Part shown: positions 14,343-14,460 of the stretch, piece after piece
Layout of the letters: every line of letters starts with the position of its first letter
Position numbering within the stretch: the first letter of the stretch is position 1
Assembly: GCA_050173015.1 (NCBI GenBank)
Contig: JBFXLE010000045.1
Location: 1 to 14,460 of the forward strand
Source: Calditrichaceae bacterium
Lineage (GTDB): Bacteria > Calditrichota > Calditrichia > Calditrichales > JBFXGD01
Direction of reading: 5' to 3'
Length of the DNA: 14,460 bases
Notes under the pieces: model-generated
Seen by the model: only the letters and a program-made list of their open reading frames with translations
What the model was told of the DNA's origin: nothing
Database searches by the model: none
Position numbers and translations under genes: made by a program

Positions 14343-14460
14343 CAGGCTGTTGCAAAATCAACTCATGCCAAAGCACTGTTGGGGATTAAAAAGAAATAAA
14401 ATTTTTCAAGATAACGTATGATTGTTCTTTGACATGAAGTTTTTAGAGAATTGACAGCGG
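14343..14460. mobile_element. Terminus of an insertion sequence (IS1182/IS5-like TIR CAGGCTGTTGCAAAA), truncated by the window edge
   Basis: It interrupts the repeat exactly after TGGT (14339-14342). The TIR is the inverted match of 82-93. Confidence 0.72.

Overview
AT-rich bacterial accessory/defence region dense with mobile-DNA signals. From left to right: the terminus of an IS (1-93) inserted in the loop of a palindromic repeat; an integron-type gene cassette (core site GTTAGATGCA at 543, attC at 2196-2325) carrying a KAP-family P-loop NTPase, with no integrase in the window; a type I restriction-modification operon (hsdM-hsdS-[REPs + RAYT transposase]-hsdR-YgjP-like metalloprotease); a CPBP/Abi intramembrane protease; a complete IS110-family element of IS1111 type (about 12676-14208); and an IS terminus with a matching TIR (14343-14460) inserted in the same palindrome loop, with TGGT on the outer side of both termini. 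For the IS1111-type element, the sub-terminal IRs, circle-junction promoter, empty target and a downstream bridge/seek RNA with target- and donor-matching guide segments can be reconstructed from the sequence. Four copies of a mosaic intergenic repeat partition the window into modules and attract the IS insertions. All calls come from reading motifs by eye; no database searches or folding programs were run.
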